A stretch of 36,400 bases of DNA from Atractiella rhizophila (Eukaryota): assembly GCA_021432655.1 (NCBI GenBank), contig MU271457.1:1-36400 (forward strand), written 5' to 3'. This document shows, piece after piece, positions 35,601-36,400 of the stretch. Within the stretch, counting starts at the first letter, position 1; each line of letters starts with the position of its first letter. The notes under the pieces were generated by a model, which worked only from the letters and a program-made list of their open reading frames with translations, was not told where the DNA came from and ran no database searches. The position numbers and the translations under genes are program-made.

Positions 35601-36400
35601 CCCGGGTTGCTGTGCCCAAAAGAGCTATGTCAATGTCACCTCCTGTCATCAATTCCCACCGTTTGCCACCGTCTCCACTGTCAAACTTCAAATTCCCTTC
35701 CATCCCAAGCCAAGAATTCAACGAGGACATTGTGGACATGTCCACTGTCACAGACACACTCCAGGTTGAGCGTCCTCTACGCTCTGGAATCAAGACGCGC
35801 CTTCGTCATTCGAGTGATTTGGGAGGTAGTCGACCAACAACACCGTCACCCATGAGCGTGCTTGGGCACAACAGAAGTTCCTCTTCTCTGGACAGAGGCA
35901 GAGTCCAGTCCCTAAGCAATGGATCTCCCAGTGCATCTCGCTCTCATTCGCCAGCTCCAGCTGTGAGGAAGAAGGCATCAAGCAATCGTGTACCATTCCC
36001 GAGAGCAGCCTCAGAATCCCCAAACCCGTCGGCTAATGGGCATTCAAGCGGACGAGAACGTCTCGAATCTCGCGTCCACCACGTTCGACCTCGACAACAG
36101 CATAAACGCTGGAATTCTGAGCTCTATATGGACCTTCCTTTGGCCAGTGGTAGAGACAAGGAGCCCATAATGCCCCTAAGATCACGACATGATAGCATTC
36201 AACCTGAGGAGATGTACACCGGTCGCCATACCCCTCAGCCGGATCTTGGCGAGGCACGAAGACGGGAAAGTCGCGGGGGTATTGGGGAGGAACGAGGTAG
36301 ATCTATTCATCAATCAAGGAGAGTGTCAAATGCTGCAACTCGGCAAAAGTTGGTGATCAGAGAACCGGGACAAAAGCATGTGACCTATGTGAGTCATGCT
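32611..36400 (+). CDS. Large Ser/Pro-rich protein with a calponin-homology domain; probably the N-terminal part of a Cdc15/STE11-type kinase (continues beyond the window)
   Basis: 643-codon first exon, intron 34539-34587, CH-like LWSAIADGVVLVRLL...NIISFVQGVQTLG...FQLEDL...VLRCLLAL, then an open frame to RQKLVIREPGQKHVTY and a donor GTGAGT at 36389. The kinase call is an inference because the catalytic domain is outside the window. Confidence 0.7.

Noticed and set aside
1..36400. CRISPR arrays, rRNA genes, prokaryotic operons, TPP riboswitch, telomerase template
   Set aside because: The sequence is eukaryotic and intron-rich, and I saw none of the diagnostic motifs or regularly spaced repeats.

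Overview
Gene-dense, intron-rich eukaryotic DNA from a basidiomycete-type fungus (most introns about 45-60 nt, many micro-exons; the taxon is inferred from gene content and architecture). All gene models were spliced by eye. Left to right: 3' end of UDP-glucose 4-epimerase, a Whi2-like BTB/POZ protein, a Ca2+/H+ exchanger (VCX1/CAX), a stand-alone PPIE-type RRM protein, an EamA/DMT transporter, two small hypothetical genes, a convergent pair of secreted lactonase-family beta-propeller paralogs, SRP receptor beta, a roughly 31-exon alcohol oxidase, a rearranged EED/ESC (PRC2) locus, PRP46/PLRG1, a CENP-S/MHF1 histone-fold gene with a very long charged tail, and the 5' part of a large CH-domain protein (probably a Cdc15/STE11-type kinase). 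The standout feature is 23298-26984. A 1.09-kb element with a Helitron-like 5' end (A|TCCTTATATAAAAAG), internal repeats and a decayed tRNA sits between two about 99.4% identical copies of a 1.3-kb piece of EED. The native shared EED/PRP46 promoter now faces a truncated EED, while the intact EED sits behind the element's terminus.
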